A DNA stretch of 63,705 bases, the filler included, from Octopus bimaculoides (lineage: Eukaryota): the NCBI RefSeq assembly GCF_001194135.2. It is 8 parts of 5 records of this genome, joined end to end, with 100 filler letters (N's around TTAATTAATTAA, not from the genome) between each part and the next. Parts side by side here need not be neighbours in the genome. Positions count along the whole stretch, not along the records: positions 39,469 to 46,600 come from NC_068988.1; positions 46,701 to 49,063 come from NC_068983.1; positions 49,164 to 50,797 come from NC_068996.1; positions 50,898 to 61,912 come from NC_068983.1; 4 more parts are not named here. One strand, 5' to 3'. The notes beneath the pieces are model-generated. The model did no database searches. It was not told the origin of the DNA and saw only the letters and a list, made by a program, of their open reading frames with translations. This document shows positions 39,505 to 52,477 of the stretch, piece by piece. Position numbers and translations under genes: made by a program. Position 1 is the stretch's first letter. Every line of letters starts with the position of its first letter.

Positions 39505-39975
39505 GCACGTATACATATGCATTTATATATGTGTGCAGATATATATAAGTAAATGTAATCTATATCTATGTGTATATATATATATAGATAATACACACAC
39601 ACTCACATATATATAATATATATTACACACACATGTGTGTGTATGTGTGTGTGTGTGAGTGTGTGTGTGTCTTTGTGCATGTATGTATGAACACATAACA
39701 AGATTGTGGTGTGTACGATTCCGATTCCGTTATATCTTGCTGATAAATCAATCGCACCCGCCACAAAATGCATAAAAATTTCATATTAGCGATATTTTTT
39801 ATTTCACCAAATACTATAATATAATAAAAACAATGTTATTATATTTATATATAATATATTATATTATATAACTTTAATATAATTATATTATAGCAATATA
39901 TTTAAAATATATTAACCACCCTTTTACACTTTTATATTAAAATATAATATACTATATTATGATAATATAGAATAA

Positions 39976-40007
<32 letters not shown>

Positions 40008-40490
40008 TACATAAACATAATAATAATATAATATAATATAAATATAATAATAAATATAATAATAAAGATTTTAGTTCTTCTTATCATAAAAGTTCATATT
40101 GCTAGCACAACGTTTAAAACATAAAAAGAAGGATTCAGAATACTTGACATGTATGTAAAGGTGATTCCAGAGATATCTGCAAACATTATTCTCAACATAT
40201 ACTTATATATCAAATTATTGAGTATATTTATTTCTCATTCCCAAGTATATAAGTTAGATATTAAAGCAAGGAATGCCATTTACACATTCAGCCAAGAGCG
40301 AAAGCAACGGAAAATGCGTAGCTAAATATTCTGGTTCTTTCATAATTGGTGTAAATGATGGTCACAAATTACACAGAATTGTTGGAAGATAGGTGAAGGC
40401 ATTGGCAACGAAATGCATAGCGTTATGTTGTATAAATTTCATTATTCAGGTTTTATTGCAGTTTATACATAAACATATATATGATTACAC

Positions 40491-40570
<80 letters not shown>

Positions 40571-41002
40571 GTCTGTCTTTCTGTCTGTCTGTCTGTTTGT
40601 CTATCTATTTATATACATACATATATAGATACACGCTCACACACACACGGATGCATATATATTTATACATACACACATAAATACACACATGTATATACAT
40701 TTACATATATATATATATATANNNNNNNNNNNNNNNNNNNNNNNNNNNNNNNNNNNNNNNNNNNNNNNNNNNNNNNNNNNNNNNNNNNNNNNNNNNNNNN
40801 NNNNNNNNNNNNNNNNNNNNNNNNNNNNNNNNNNNNNNNNNNNNNNNNNNNNNNNNNNNNNNNNNNNNNNNNNNNNNNNNNNNNNNNNNNNNNNNNNNNN
40901 NNNNNNNNNNNNNNNNNNNNNNNNNNNNNNNNNNNNNNNNNNNNNNNNNNNNNNNNNNNNNNNNNNNNNNNNNNNNNNNNNNNNNNNNNNNNNNNNNNNN
41001 NN

Positions 41003-41055
<53 letters not shown>

Positions 41056-41588
41056 TGTATGCATGTATGTATGTATGTATGAATACTGTTATAGCATGCA
41101 TATTAGCAAACCCAATTCGGTAGAGCTTTAGAATTTGTTGTACATATATTGGCCACTCCATTCCCTGCGAGTCGGTCAACTGATGGACACGCCTCTGATA
41201 AGACCCCAAATAAGGGTCGAAATTTAATTAAATACTTTTCATTATTATTTTCAACTTATAGCGAAATTGATTAATTTCACATGCTTGTATGTCTACTGCA
41301 ATGTTTATATATACTTAGAAGTTGTTTGTTATGGCCTGTCAGAAAGTGATCATTGGTCACGTGTTTGTGTGTGTGTGTGTGTGTGTGTTAGTTTGTGTAT
41401 GTGTACCAAAAATCCCAACATTGCCATCAGGAAAGAGGACCAGATACTGCAATATATATGCATCTATCTTTCCCAACCACACGGTTCCGATTCCAGTCCC
41501 ACTAAGTGGTACCGTGCGCAGGTGTCTTCTACTATAGCCTAGGGCCGACCAAAATGTCGTATGTATGTGTGTGTGTGTTTGTGTCTGT

Positions 41589-41630
<42 letters not shown>

Positions 41631-42603
41631 CAGTGTGTGTGTGTGTGTGTGTGTGTATGAGAGAGAGAGAGAGTATGTGTATTTATGTGTCTCTTTCTGT
41701 CTGTGTTTATCTTCCACCCACCCCACTTCCGCTTGATAACCGGTGTTGATATGTTTACATACCCGTAACATAGCTGTTCAGCAAAAGCTATCGATAGAAT
41801 TAATACCAGGCCTTTAAAAAGTACTGGAGTTGATCNNNNNNNNNNNNNNNNNNNNNNNNNNNNNNNNNNNNNNNNNNNNNNNNNNNNNNNNNNNNNNNNN
41901 NNNNNNNNNNNNNNNNNNNNNNNNNNNNNNNNNNNNNNNNNNNNNNNNNNNNNNNNNNNNNNNNNNNNNNNNNNNNNNNNNNNNNNNNNNNNNNNNNNNN
42001 NNNNNNNNNNNNNNNNNNNNNNNNNNNNNNNNNNNNNNNNNNNNNNNNNNNNNNNNNNNNNNNNNNNNNNNNNNNNNNNNNNNNNNNNNNNNNNNNNNNN
42101 NNNNNNNNNNNNNNNNNNNNNNNNNNNNNNNNNNNNNNNNNNNNNNNNNNNNNNNNNNNNNNNNNNNNNNNNNNNNNNNNNNNNNNNNNNNNNNNNNNNN
42201 NNNNNNNNNNNNNNNNNNNNNNNNNNNNNNNNNNNNNNNNNNNNNNNNNNNNNNNNNNNNNNNNNNNNNNNNNNNNNNNNNNNNNNNNNNNNNNNNNNNN
42301 NNNNNNNNNNNNNNNNNNNNNNNNNNNNNNNNNNNNNNNNNNNNNNNNNNNNNNNNNNNNNNNNNNNNNNNNNNNNNNNNNNNNNNNNNNTTTTCCGATA
42401 GCCAAAAACGCACTTATATATATGTGTGTTTCTGTGTGTCTGTGTGTGTGTGTGTGTGCGCGCGCGCGCAGATATTATATATTATCTACGTATATAATTT
42501 TGTGTAAACATGTGCAAATGAGTGCATTTGTCGATATATACCTGTGTGTATGTGTGTGTTTTTATACAGATAGGTATAAGTATGTGAGTATGAATCAATC
42601 AAC

Positions 42604-42685
<82 letters not shown>

Positions 42686-42689
42686 GTTG

Positions 42690-43200
42690 ACAGCCGTAGG
42701 GACTTCCAGCAGCCACCATCTTGATCCAGTGTAGCACAACCTCCTCCAGGCACTTGATGAAGGCCTCCGTGTTCAATGTGAGGCCGTGTGGGAAGATGAC
42801 TGGAGGCATAATGTTGCCATCGCTAGTGATCAATCCAAACACCATGATGTTGACTGGATGTTTGCTTTTTGTCCCTCTCGGTACATGTTTTGGGGACGCG
42901 ACAAGCCAACGGTTGCTCTGTGTTCACCATCTGATCCTGGTAGAATTTTTTCTCGTCTGAGAAAAACCAAAGCATGTTGTTCAAAGGCGCCGTAGCACAG
43001 TCTTTCTTCTTGACCTTGATGATTTGGGATAAAATTTGGCCCTTTCTCATCTTGTATGAGGAATACTGAATGTCTTCGTGCACTACCTGCCTGATAAGAA
43101 ACTCAGACATCCCATGTTCCTGGCGATGAACATGACTGACTTGGAGAGATCGTTGTCAGTCATGGTCAGGAACTCAACCGATTCAGGAGTTTTTATCAGA
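42690..43200 (-). mobile_element. maT/DD37D-like mariner fragment
   Basis: MLWFFSDEK and SQHHGVWIDH pieces (frameshifted PVNIMVFG); homologous to 63090-63330. Confidence 0.8.
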
Positions 43201-43718
43201 AAAATAAGAGTGTATGCATGCATGTATGTATGTATATGTGCACATTTGTATGTTTTGTTTTATGTATGTATTCTCATGCATATAGTTGCATATCTAGACA
43301 TGCTCATATATATGTATGTATGTATGTATGTATGAATGTATGTATGTATACCATTATAAAGATATATGTGTATGCGCATGCGTACCTATATGCGTGTGTG
43401 TAAATACATATACACACACATACACACGCATATGCAGGTTTATGAACGATTACAAAGGTAAATGACATACGTACCTGATGATCGTTAGTAAATACGAGAT
43501 TGGAAGTGTTCGAATTGAGAAATGTGCTCCAGCATGGCCGCAGTCACATGACTGAAACAAGTAAACAAGTATCTATCTATCTATCTATCTATCTGTCTGT
43601 CTGTCTGGCTGGCTGGCTGGCTGTCTATGTATCCATCTACCTAAACCTTTGTGTGAATGCATGTATGTATATGTATATATGCATGTATGTGTGTATGCGT
43701 ATGTCTGTGTGTGTGTGC

Positions 43719-43757
<39 letters not shown>

Positions 43758-44089
43758 TGTGTTTGTTTGAGTGCGTGTGCGCGTGCACGTACCACTGATA
43801 ATAAATGTACGTGAAATAACTCAACACAAGATATTAGAGTTCAAAAATTTTAATTCACTCAGCTGAAGGCATTGGGGCGAAGCACAAAATTCCCACATGT
43901 AATGCGTTTCTTTAGTTTTAGGTGACTGCAATNNNNNNNNNNACCACTGATAATAAATGTACGTGAAATAACTCAACACAAGATATTAGAGTTCAAAAAT
44001 TTTAATTCACTCAGCTGAAGGCATTGGGGCGAAGCACAAAATTCCCACATGTAATGCGTTTCTTTAGTTTTAGGTGACTGCAATGCATT

Positions 44090-44149
<60 letters not shown>

Positions 44150-44323
44150 TGCTGTCTATAATTTTGCATATACTCACACATATATTGTACGATCTATCGA
44201 AGGACTTACATAAAACAATCGCTAGAGGGAGCGCATGTTACACCTTGGATGGATGATAGTTATTAGACAATATGATAATTTTGTCTTTTCACCCACGTAG
44301 TACGAGTGTAAAGATGTGTCGAG

Positions 44324-44354
<31 letters not shown>

Positions 44355-45997
44355 TGTATGTATATGTATTGTGATTGTGTACGCACAAAAGCCGATAAAC
44401 ACAAATAACTTTAATGTATATATTTACACGGAATACAAAATACAGAGTAGGAAATAAAGAAACAAAGTAAACTATAGAAGTTTTGTAAAATTTTTATCTT
44501 AACAGCTGTTTCGAGAGCTGGCATTCTATGGCATGCAATAACCACATCCAAACATAATACAGTCCCATCTTGTCTTCCGATTGGGGGTGACTTCATAGGA
44601 ACTTATGTTATTACGTATCCCTACGACACCATGGATCATTATTATGCATGAACGTGGTTATGCAGAGTCCATAGTGATCCTGGAACACCTGTCGAGCTAA
44701 GGCTATTATATGACTTCTTTCGTACATCTTGTGTCTGTATTCCGTACTCTGTATTTTGTATTCCACGTAAATACTTTCTACTTCCATACCAACATACATA
44801 CATACATACATACATACATACATGGAATAGGCCTGAATAGAACAATACATGCTCTCATTCTTAGTATTCTAAAACTTGTTTATGAGCTGAGATATCCGTA
44901 CACAATTTTACATACATATTTCCATTATGAATATGGTCCCCATTATTATAGAAATGATATATTAAAAATATATGTGTATTTATGTTTACTTTAACGTCAT
45001 ACGTTAAAGTAAACACACACACACACACTCTTTTAGCATGAATATAATAGATCACCGGGGCTGTTTTTTTTATACATTATCTTTAGCACGATATTGTTTA
45101 ACGCTACCTTTCTCTTTTAAGATTACAAATACCATCTAGTTGTTAATAGTTTTATGTAGTGCTATTTAGTATGTATTATTTATTATGTAGCGTTAGTAAA
45201 TTTAATTCATGATACTTAACAAAAGGGGACATAGTTATATATATATATATACATGTATGTATGTATATATGCATATATATTTATATATATATATAATGTA
45301 TGTATGTATATATGTATATATATTTATATATATATAATGTATGTATATATATAATGTATGTATATATATANNNNNNNNNNNNNNNNNNNNNNNNNNNNNN
45401 NNNNNNNNNNNNNNNNNNNNNNNNNNNNNNNNNNNNNNNNNNNNNNNNNNNNNNNNNNNNNNNNNNNNNNNNNNNNNNNNNNNNNNNNNNNNNNNNNNNN
45501 NNNNNNNNNNNNNNNNNNNNNNNNNAAAGAATGGAGTAAACGCATATTATAACTGTATACTTTTATTCCGACATATGTTTCGAAGAATTACAATTTATGC
45601 GATCCATAGGAATCGGCGATGTTAAAAATGTATATATATATATATATATATATATAAGTGCGTGTGTGAGTGTGCGTGTGCACGCACTCCCCTCCTATTT
45701 ACATCATTTTAACGTATATTTTAGGCAGACATCTTGCGCGTTGTACATTCCTAGAAATCTGTTGTTTAATTAACTGTAAAGTTTATTTCGTTAATTCTCC
45801 TCGAAATAAGATCCGATTCTACTATCTTTTGAGTAAACTAATATCAAAGAATATATTCTACTTAGGAGATACTCGCCATTTCATATGTTATTTTAATTAT
45901 GCATCGTAAAATGTACGAGGAAATATTTAAAGGAAATTCAGCTTACACATGGAATTTGAACTTCGACTCTAGTTTCCCATTTGTCTTTATGATCGTC

Positions 45998-46378
45998 GTG
46001 GCACTCCGTCGGTTACGACGACGAAGGTTCCAGTTGATCCGATCAACGGAACAGCCTGCTCATGAAATTAACGTGCAAGTGGCTGAGCACTCCACAGTGG
46101 CTGTCATAATTTGTGTCACGCTGAATCTCAAGGAGATTCAGCGTGACACAAATTATGACAAGGCTGGCCCCTTTGAAATTCAGGTACAACAGAAAGAAAG
46201 AGTGAGAGAAAGTCGTGGTGAAAGAATACAGCAGGGTTCGCCACCACCCTCTGCCGGAGATTCGTGGAGCTTTAGGTATTTTCGCTCAATGAACACTCAC
46301 AACGCCTGGTCTGGGAGTCGAAACCGCGATCCTACGACCGCGAGTCCGCTGCCCTAACCACTGGGCCAATGCGCCTCC
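45998..46378 (-). mobile_element. SINE family A with 11 bp target-site duplication
   Basis: Reverse complement of 26383-26763; GTCTTTATGAT at 45983-93 and 46379-89. Confidence 0.9.
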
Positions 46379-46700
46379 GTCTTTATGATAATTCACTCCA
46401 CTTAGTATCTGTGAATTTATGTGTCTACGTGTCGCATCATCTTGTTATTAATCAATCTATATAATCATCTGATAGTCTATGAATATATTTATTATACCAA
46501 GTACATGATTATGTCATATTATTAAAAATATATACATAAACACATTCATACACACACAGGTATGTATATATATCTATATATATCTATATATATACATACA
46601 NNNNNNNNNNNNNNNNNNNNNNNNNNNNNNNNNNNNNNNNNNNNTTAATTAATTAANNNNNNNNNNNNNNNNNNNNNNNNNNNNNNNNNNNNNNNNNNNN

Positions 46701-47037
46701 CCGGAATTCATTGCTGTACTCATTTCCCACCCTCACCTTACTGGCAGCATCTCTGTACATGGCTCGCACAGCTCTCACTAACCATTCTTCTATCCCAAGT
46801 TTCCTCATTGACCACCAGATAAGGGATCGGGGGTCCCTGTCAAAGGCTTTCTCCATGTCAACGAAAGCCAGGTACAGAGGTTTATCCTTGGCTAGGTATT
46901 TCTCCTGCAGCTGTCTTACTAGAAATAAGGCATCAGTAGTGCTTTTACCTGGCACGAACCCAAACTGCATCTCATCTAAATTGATTCGCTCCCTAATTAG
47001 TTGGGCTATGACCCTCTCTGTAACTTTCATAACCTGA
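46701..47037 (-). mobile_element. RTE LINE reverse transcriptase fragment, open reading
   Basis: QVMKVTERVIAQLIRERINLDEMQFGFVPGKSTTDALFLVRQLQEKY...DMEKAFD; near-identical to 1-345. Confidence 0.92.
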
Positions 47038-47039
47038 TA

Positions 47040-48751
47040 CAGGGTTGGACAAAATAATGGAAGCACCTAACATCATAGCATCATAATTTTGAAAAGTCTA
47101 TAAAACTGTCAAAAGTTTATTTTTGTGATTTTTGATTTATTATTAGTTTTGCTTAATATGATTTGCTAAAATTGCTGTTTCTTTTCAGATATTATCAGAA
47201 AAAGGTAATTAAAAATTCATTGAAATGACAGATCTATTGGACTTTCAAAGAAGTCAAATTGTTGCTGCTCATATGGCAGGTGCTAGCATAATGAAAACAG
47301 CCGAAATGTTTGGTGTATCAAGAAGTACTGTCTCAAAAGTAATGACACCCTTTGAAAAAGAGGGGAAAATTTCCTCGTCGAAACAATATTCTGGAAGAAA
47401 ACCAGAACTTTCAGGTAGGGACCGTCGCAATCTTACATGAATTGTTAGAAAGGATCACAAAAGTACAGCTCCCAAAATAACTACAGAGTTTAATGACCAC
47501 CTCAAGAATCCAGTTTCCACAAAAACTGTTTGCCAGGAGCTGCACAAAGCCAGATTTCATGGGAGGGCTGAAATCAGAAAATCACTACTTTCAAAAACAA
47601 ACGTTGCAAAGCATTTAGAGTGGAGTAAATCCTACAAAATTAGTCCCTAGAGCAGTGGAAGAATGTCATTTTCTTGGACAAGTCATCCTTTGCCTTATTT
47701 CTGACCACCAGCTGAGTATACGTGTGGAGACAGCCAAAAGAAGCATTTGACCCAGACTGCCTTCTTCGAACTGTTAAGCTGGAGGATGATCTGGTGGGGG
47801 GAGGGCTATATCTTGGAAATCCACCGGTTTCNNNNNNNNNNNNNNNNNNNNNNNNNNNNNNNNNNNNNNNNNNNNNNNNNNNNNNNNNNNNNNNNNNNNN
47901 NNNNNNNNNNNNNNNNNNNNNNAGCACAATGGCCCAGTGGTTAGGGCAGCAGACTCGCGGTCATAGGATTGCGGTTTCAATTCCCAGACCGGGCCTTGTG
48001 AGTGTTTATTGAGCGAAAAACACCTAAAGCTCCACGAGGCTCCAGCAGGGGATGGTGGGGAACCCTGCTGTAGTCTTCCACTACAACTTTCTCTCACTCT
48101 TACTTCCTGTTTCTGTTGTGCCTGTAATTCAAAGGGTCAGCCTTGTCACACTGTGTCACACTGAATATCCCCGAGAACTACGTTAAGGGTACACGTGTCT
48201 GTGGAGTGCTCAGCCACTTGCAAGTTAATTTCACAAGCAGGCTGTTCCGTTGATCAGATCAACTGGAACCCTCGACGTCGTAAGCGACGGAGTGCCAACA
48301 ACAACAATAGTCAAGGTTATTTAAGCATTTTATCTGATCAAATTCATCCTATGGTTGCGGAACTGTTTCCAGAGGGAAACAATCTTTCAGTATGATAATG
48401 CACTAATTCACACAGCTAAAGTTGTTACTGACTGGTACAAGGAACATTCTAGTGAAGTTGACCATCTTATCTGGTCACCACAGTCCCCAGATCTCAATAT
48501 TATTGAACATTTATGGTGCATTTTAGAAAAACAATTAAGGAGTTGATATCCACCACCATCATCACTACAAAAACTGGAGACTGTTTTAGCTGAAGAATAG
48601 AAAAAAATTCCTTCAGAAACAATTCAAACTTTGTATAAGACCATACCTCGTAGAATTCAAGCTGTAATTAGTGTCAAAGGCAGTCCTACCCCATACTAAA
48701 ATAAATTTGTTTGAAATTTTAAGGTGTTTCCATTATTTTGTCCAACCCCTG
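47040..48751 (+). mobile_element. Full-length Tc1 (DD34E) transposon, pseudogenised, TA-flanked, with nested SINE
   Basis: TIRs CAGGG(G)TTGGACAAAATAATGGAAxCACCT at both ends; TA at 47038-39 and 48752-53. HTH region from 47225; catalytic motifs FLDKSSF, FQYDNA, SPDLNIIEHLW. Confidence 0.95.
47923..48300 (+). mobile_element. SINE family A nested in the Tc1 transposase
   Basis: Full homology to 26383-26763; ends GTGCCAAC(AAC)n; Tc1 ORF resumes immediately after. Confidence 0.92.
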
Positions 48752-48789
48752 TATATATTATCTCTCCATCTTTCTAGCTCTCCTGTCTA

Positions 48790-48998
48790 ACTACCTTTGT
48801 CCAGCCAGTCACCATGATTAACTGTTATCTCCAAAAGTTTTTTATTCTCTCTCTGTTTATTTCCTTGTGTTTCTTTCTGTTGAAGAGCATAGGCTCGAAA
48901 TGTAAAACACTTTCTCACCTTCCAAAGCATCAAACAAATACACCTGCTTGTTGTTTATACACCTGTCTTCATTATTTATCTTTTAATTTTTACTTCAG

Positions 48999-49010
<12 letters not shown>
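48790..49010 (+). mobile_element. Solo PLE-type terminal repeat with hammerhead-like fold, ending at (TA)n
   Basis: CTGTTGA-A-GAGC(ATAG)GCTC-GAAA at 48877-48900; homolog at 62045-62190 and similar layout to 16981-17059. Confidence 0.6.
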
Positions 49011-49063
<53 letters not shown>

Positions 49064-49164
49064 NNNNNNNNNNNNNNNNNNNNNNNNNNNNNNNNNNNNN
49101 NNNNNNNTTAATTAATTAANNNNNNNNNNNNNNNNNNNNNNNNNNNNNNNNNNNNNNNNNNNNA

Positions 49165-49182
49165 TTATCATCATCATCATCA

Positions 49183-49265
<83 letters not shown>

Positions 49266-49822
49266 GAGTGAGAGAGCAAAGAATGCCATCAAAGTGAAAC
49301 TGGGGTAAAATATATGAAGTCCAGTATATCCATCATGACTACCCGTCTGATAAGGGTACACCAGGCACATGCATCACAACCATATGTGCGCAACATGGTG
49401 ATCTCATATCAAGATAAACAGCGCATGACCTTGCATGTGGGGCCTAGTTAGAATTTTCTTCAGGTTGAGCAGCCCATCCCACTCAAAAGGTCCCTGAATA
49501 AGGGTTGTTTAAGGATGTTGAACGAAACACCCATGTTTCCAAAGGTGAATTATTCAAACCCCAAAGAATTCCTCTCAACACATGGCTATGATGCTCCCCC
49601 ACTACTTCTGCTCGTGATCAGAGATGCACATATCGTCAGCCACTAACGGACATGCTCAACTGGTTAAGGCCAAACCACTGACAAGCAAATCTGTGGTATT
49701 AAGTAGAATATTTGCTGTAGCTCATCTTTTATACCAAGACAAAACAATGTACATGATAAAACCTCCAATCAGTTAAGATTAGAAGTCATGAAAGCCAATG
49801 CCTGGTACTTCATTAGGGTAGG
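49165..49822 (-). mobile_element. Longer copy of the (AAT)n-tailed retroelement 3' region
   Basis: 49265-49480 is the reverse-complement homolog of 9855-10110; long (ATT)n tail at 49165-49264. Confidence 0.75.
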
Positions 49823-49840
49823 TTAGTGACAAAATTTAAA

Positions 49841-49914
<74 letters not shown>

Positions 49915-50155
49915 AGAGTATCTCAATAGGCATGTTAGTGCTGCACAATATATTCACTGGGTAACTTACAAAAACCTGCCCCATGATAAAAATTGGTGTG
50001 AACACAAACCCCGTCCAGTACTTGAAAATGATCAGATCGCACTCCTCTGGAACTTCACCATTCAAACTGATAGAAAGATAGATGCAAATAGGCCAGATAT
50101 TATATTGAAAGACTTCAGCCAAAAATCATGCCTCCTCATTGATATGACTGTCCCA
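49915..50155 (+). mobile_element. R4/Dong-like non-LTR retrotransposon fragment (restriction-like endonuclease region)
   Basis: YLNRHVSAAQYIHW...WCEHKPRPVLENDQIALLWNFTIQTDRKIDANRPDIILKD...LLIDMTVP (PD..D/ExxP motif); preceded by (ACT)n. Confidence 0.85.
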
Positions 50156-50256
50156 NNNNNNNNNNNNNNNNNNNNNNNNNNNNNNNNNNNNNNNNNNNNN
50201 NNNNNNNNNNNNNNNNNNNNNNNNNNNNNNNNNNNNNNNNNNNNNNNNNNNNNNNA

Positions 50257-50640
50257 AGTGCTGTCCTCGAGTGAGTTTATTGAAAGGTGGGTGAAAGTTG
50301 CAAAATTGGCAAAAGTGGATGGTACCACTCTCAGTGTAGACCTTTGAGTCGGAGAGAAGGAACTGAAGAGGGCACTTGCTCATAGGATTTCAGAGAAATC
50401 TCGGTCAGTGGGGTTCCTCGATTATCCCTTGAGGCTTTCCTGTATCAGGAGGGCCACATCTCTATTATCCTGTCCCCACTTTTTTTCACCCTTCTATGCT
50501 ATGTATATGTTTCTTCCTTCCCCGTGTATACTTTTTTTTAATGATTTTATTATATGTAAGACCCCGCACTTGATGTCTGTCCCCGTATTGACCCCTCATC
50601 CTTCACTCTTGTGGCAAATAAATGAAATTAGCATTATCAT
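50257..50640 (+). mobile_element. Probable LINE 3' end (Tx1/L1-like C-terminus and UTR)
   Basis: LSSSEFIERWVKVAKLAKVDGTTLSVDL*, then a UTR ending AATAAA and (ATT/TAA)n; clade assignment weak. Confidence 0.35.
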
Positions 50641-50678
50641 TTTTATTATAATTATAATAATAATAATAATAATAATAA

Positions 50679-50733
<55 letters not shown>

Positions 50734-50897
50734 GATTATTGAGTGAACTACTGAACTAACTTTTGCTGTTATCACTTTACCGTTATTATAGTTTCTCNNN
50801 NNNNNNNNNNNNNNNNNNNNNNNNNNNNNNNNNNNNNNNNNTTAATTAATTAANNNNNNNNNNNNNNNNNNNNNNNNNNNNNNNNNNNNNNNNNNNN

Positions 50898-50947
<50 letters not shown>

Positions 50948-51801
50948 TAAGTATGTATATTACGTGTGTATGTGTGTATATTGATGTGTATATATACATG
51001 AAAGAAAATAAGGTTACCATGACTAAGAGAATCACTTCATGCAAAATATTTATTATACACAATAAAACAATAAAGTAATAATTGCATGTATATTATGTAA
51101 GGGTATGAGAGAGAAGTAAAAGTAAGACAAAGAACAGTAGGAGATAGACAGAGAGAGGGAGCGAGAGAAGTAAGACAAAGAACAGGAGGAGATAGAGAGA
51201 GAGAGGGAGATGTGCATAGGCGCTTACAGAATGTGTGAGGAGAGATAATGTTGAGACGTAGAGTAGGAAAGTTAAACAAGATCAGAGAGTGAGATATGCA
51301 AATAGCGAAAAAGTGAATGTAGTGTGTATATAAAAGTAATAAAAATAGAGTTTGTTGACGAGCATGTGACATCAAACTAATCTTTTAGATTAGAGAAAGC
51401 GTCACTGTTTAATTAATCTTCTGGACAATAATGTAATACGTGTTTTTAATAAGCACTATCATGTCTGGTGACTGTTTTGTTCTTATCTAATTTTAGTTTT
51501 AAATATTTTAACTATTTTTGTATTGAATTGGTCCAGGGTAGGGTGTTGCGCTCATGACTTTTCCAGGATCTCCGAGACGGGGAGATTACCACAGTTACAG
51601 TTTCTCTTTTAACTGCGTCAATCTTAACCCATTACTTCCCATAATTCTATTAACTGGAATATTTTTTAATGAAACTTTGATTTCTGGCATAAAACAACCT
51701 TAGAAACACACTGGAATGATCAAAATAACATTTTAAATAGAAATAAGCGAGATATTGGGTGAAAAATGAGCAAACCTCATTTGAATATCAGAGAAATTGT
51801 T

Positions 51802-52166
51802 GTTGGCACTCCGTCGCTTACGACGTCGAGGGTTCCAGTTGATCCGATCAACGGAACAGCCTGCTCGTGAAATTAACGTGCAAGCGGCTGAGCACTCCAC
51901 AGACACGTGTACCCTTAACGTAGTTCTCGGGGATATTCAGCGTGACACAGAGTGACATGGCTGGCCCTTTGAATTACAGGTACAACAGAAACAGGAAGTA
52001 AGAGTGAGAGAAAGTTGTGGTGAAAGAGTACAGCAGGGTTCGCCACCATCCCCTGCCGGAGCCTCGTGGAGCTTTAGGTGTTTTCGCTCAATAAACACTC
52101 ACAACGTCCGGGCTGGGAATCGAAACCGCGAGTCCGCTGCCCTAACCACTGGGCCATTGCGCCTCC
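51802..52166 (-). mobile_element. SINE family A
   Basis: Reverse complement of 26383-26763; no TSD seen. Confidence 0.92.
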
Positions 52167-52194
52167 TCACGATTAACTAAAGGGCTACTAATAG

Positions 52195-52336
52195 TTCCAT
52201 ACTTTAGTGATACAATAATTTGGCAGATTTATATAACATGTCATGTACCTTTAAGCAATCTTACAGGCTCAATGCTTAGACATATCATAGCATGTTACAT
52301 AAATCTGCCAAATTATTGTATCTCTAAAGTATGAAA
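52195..52336. repeat. MITE-like inverted repeat (46 bp arms)
   Basis: 52195-52240 vs reverse complement of 52291-52336: 43/46 identical, 50 bp spacer. Confidence 0.8.
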
Positions 52337-52477
52337 CTCTTTTGTTAATTGTGTATATTAAATATTTATTTTTTCACTGGTTGGAATACTTTTTTGTCGA
52401 TCTTATATATAAGGGATATAAGCTAAAAACAACCGCAGATGGCAGCAACGGCGGTCACAGGTCAAATTTCTCACCTA

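Noticed and set aside
43470-43515. CUGAUGA-UCGU(8 nt)ACGA
   Set aside because: Followed by GAUU rather than GAAA; no helix III or I.
43791-44085. ~142 bp direct repeat across a 10-N gap (also ~29 bp at 9981-10048)
   Set aside because: Exact overlap of adjacent contig ends; unmerged assembly.
50360-50385. CUGAAGA-GGGC(ACUU)GCUC
   Set aside because: No GAAA after the stem.
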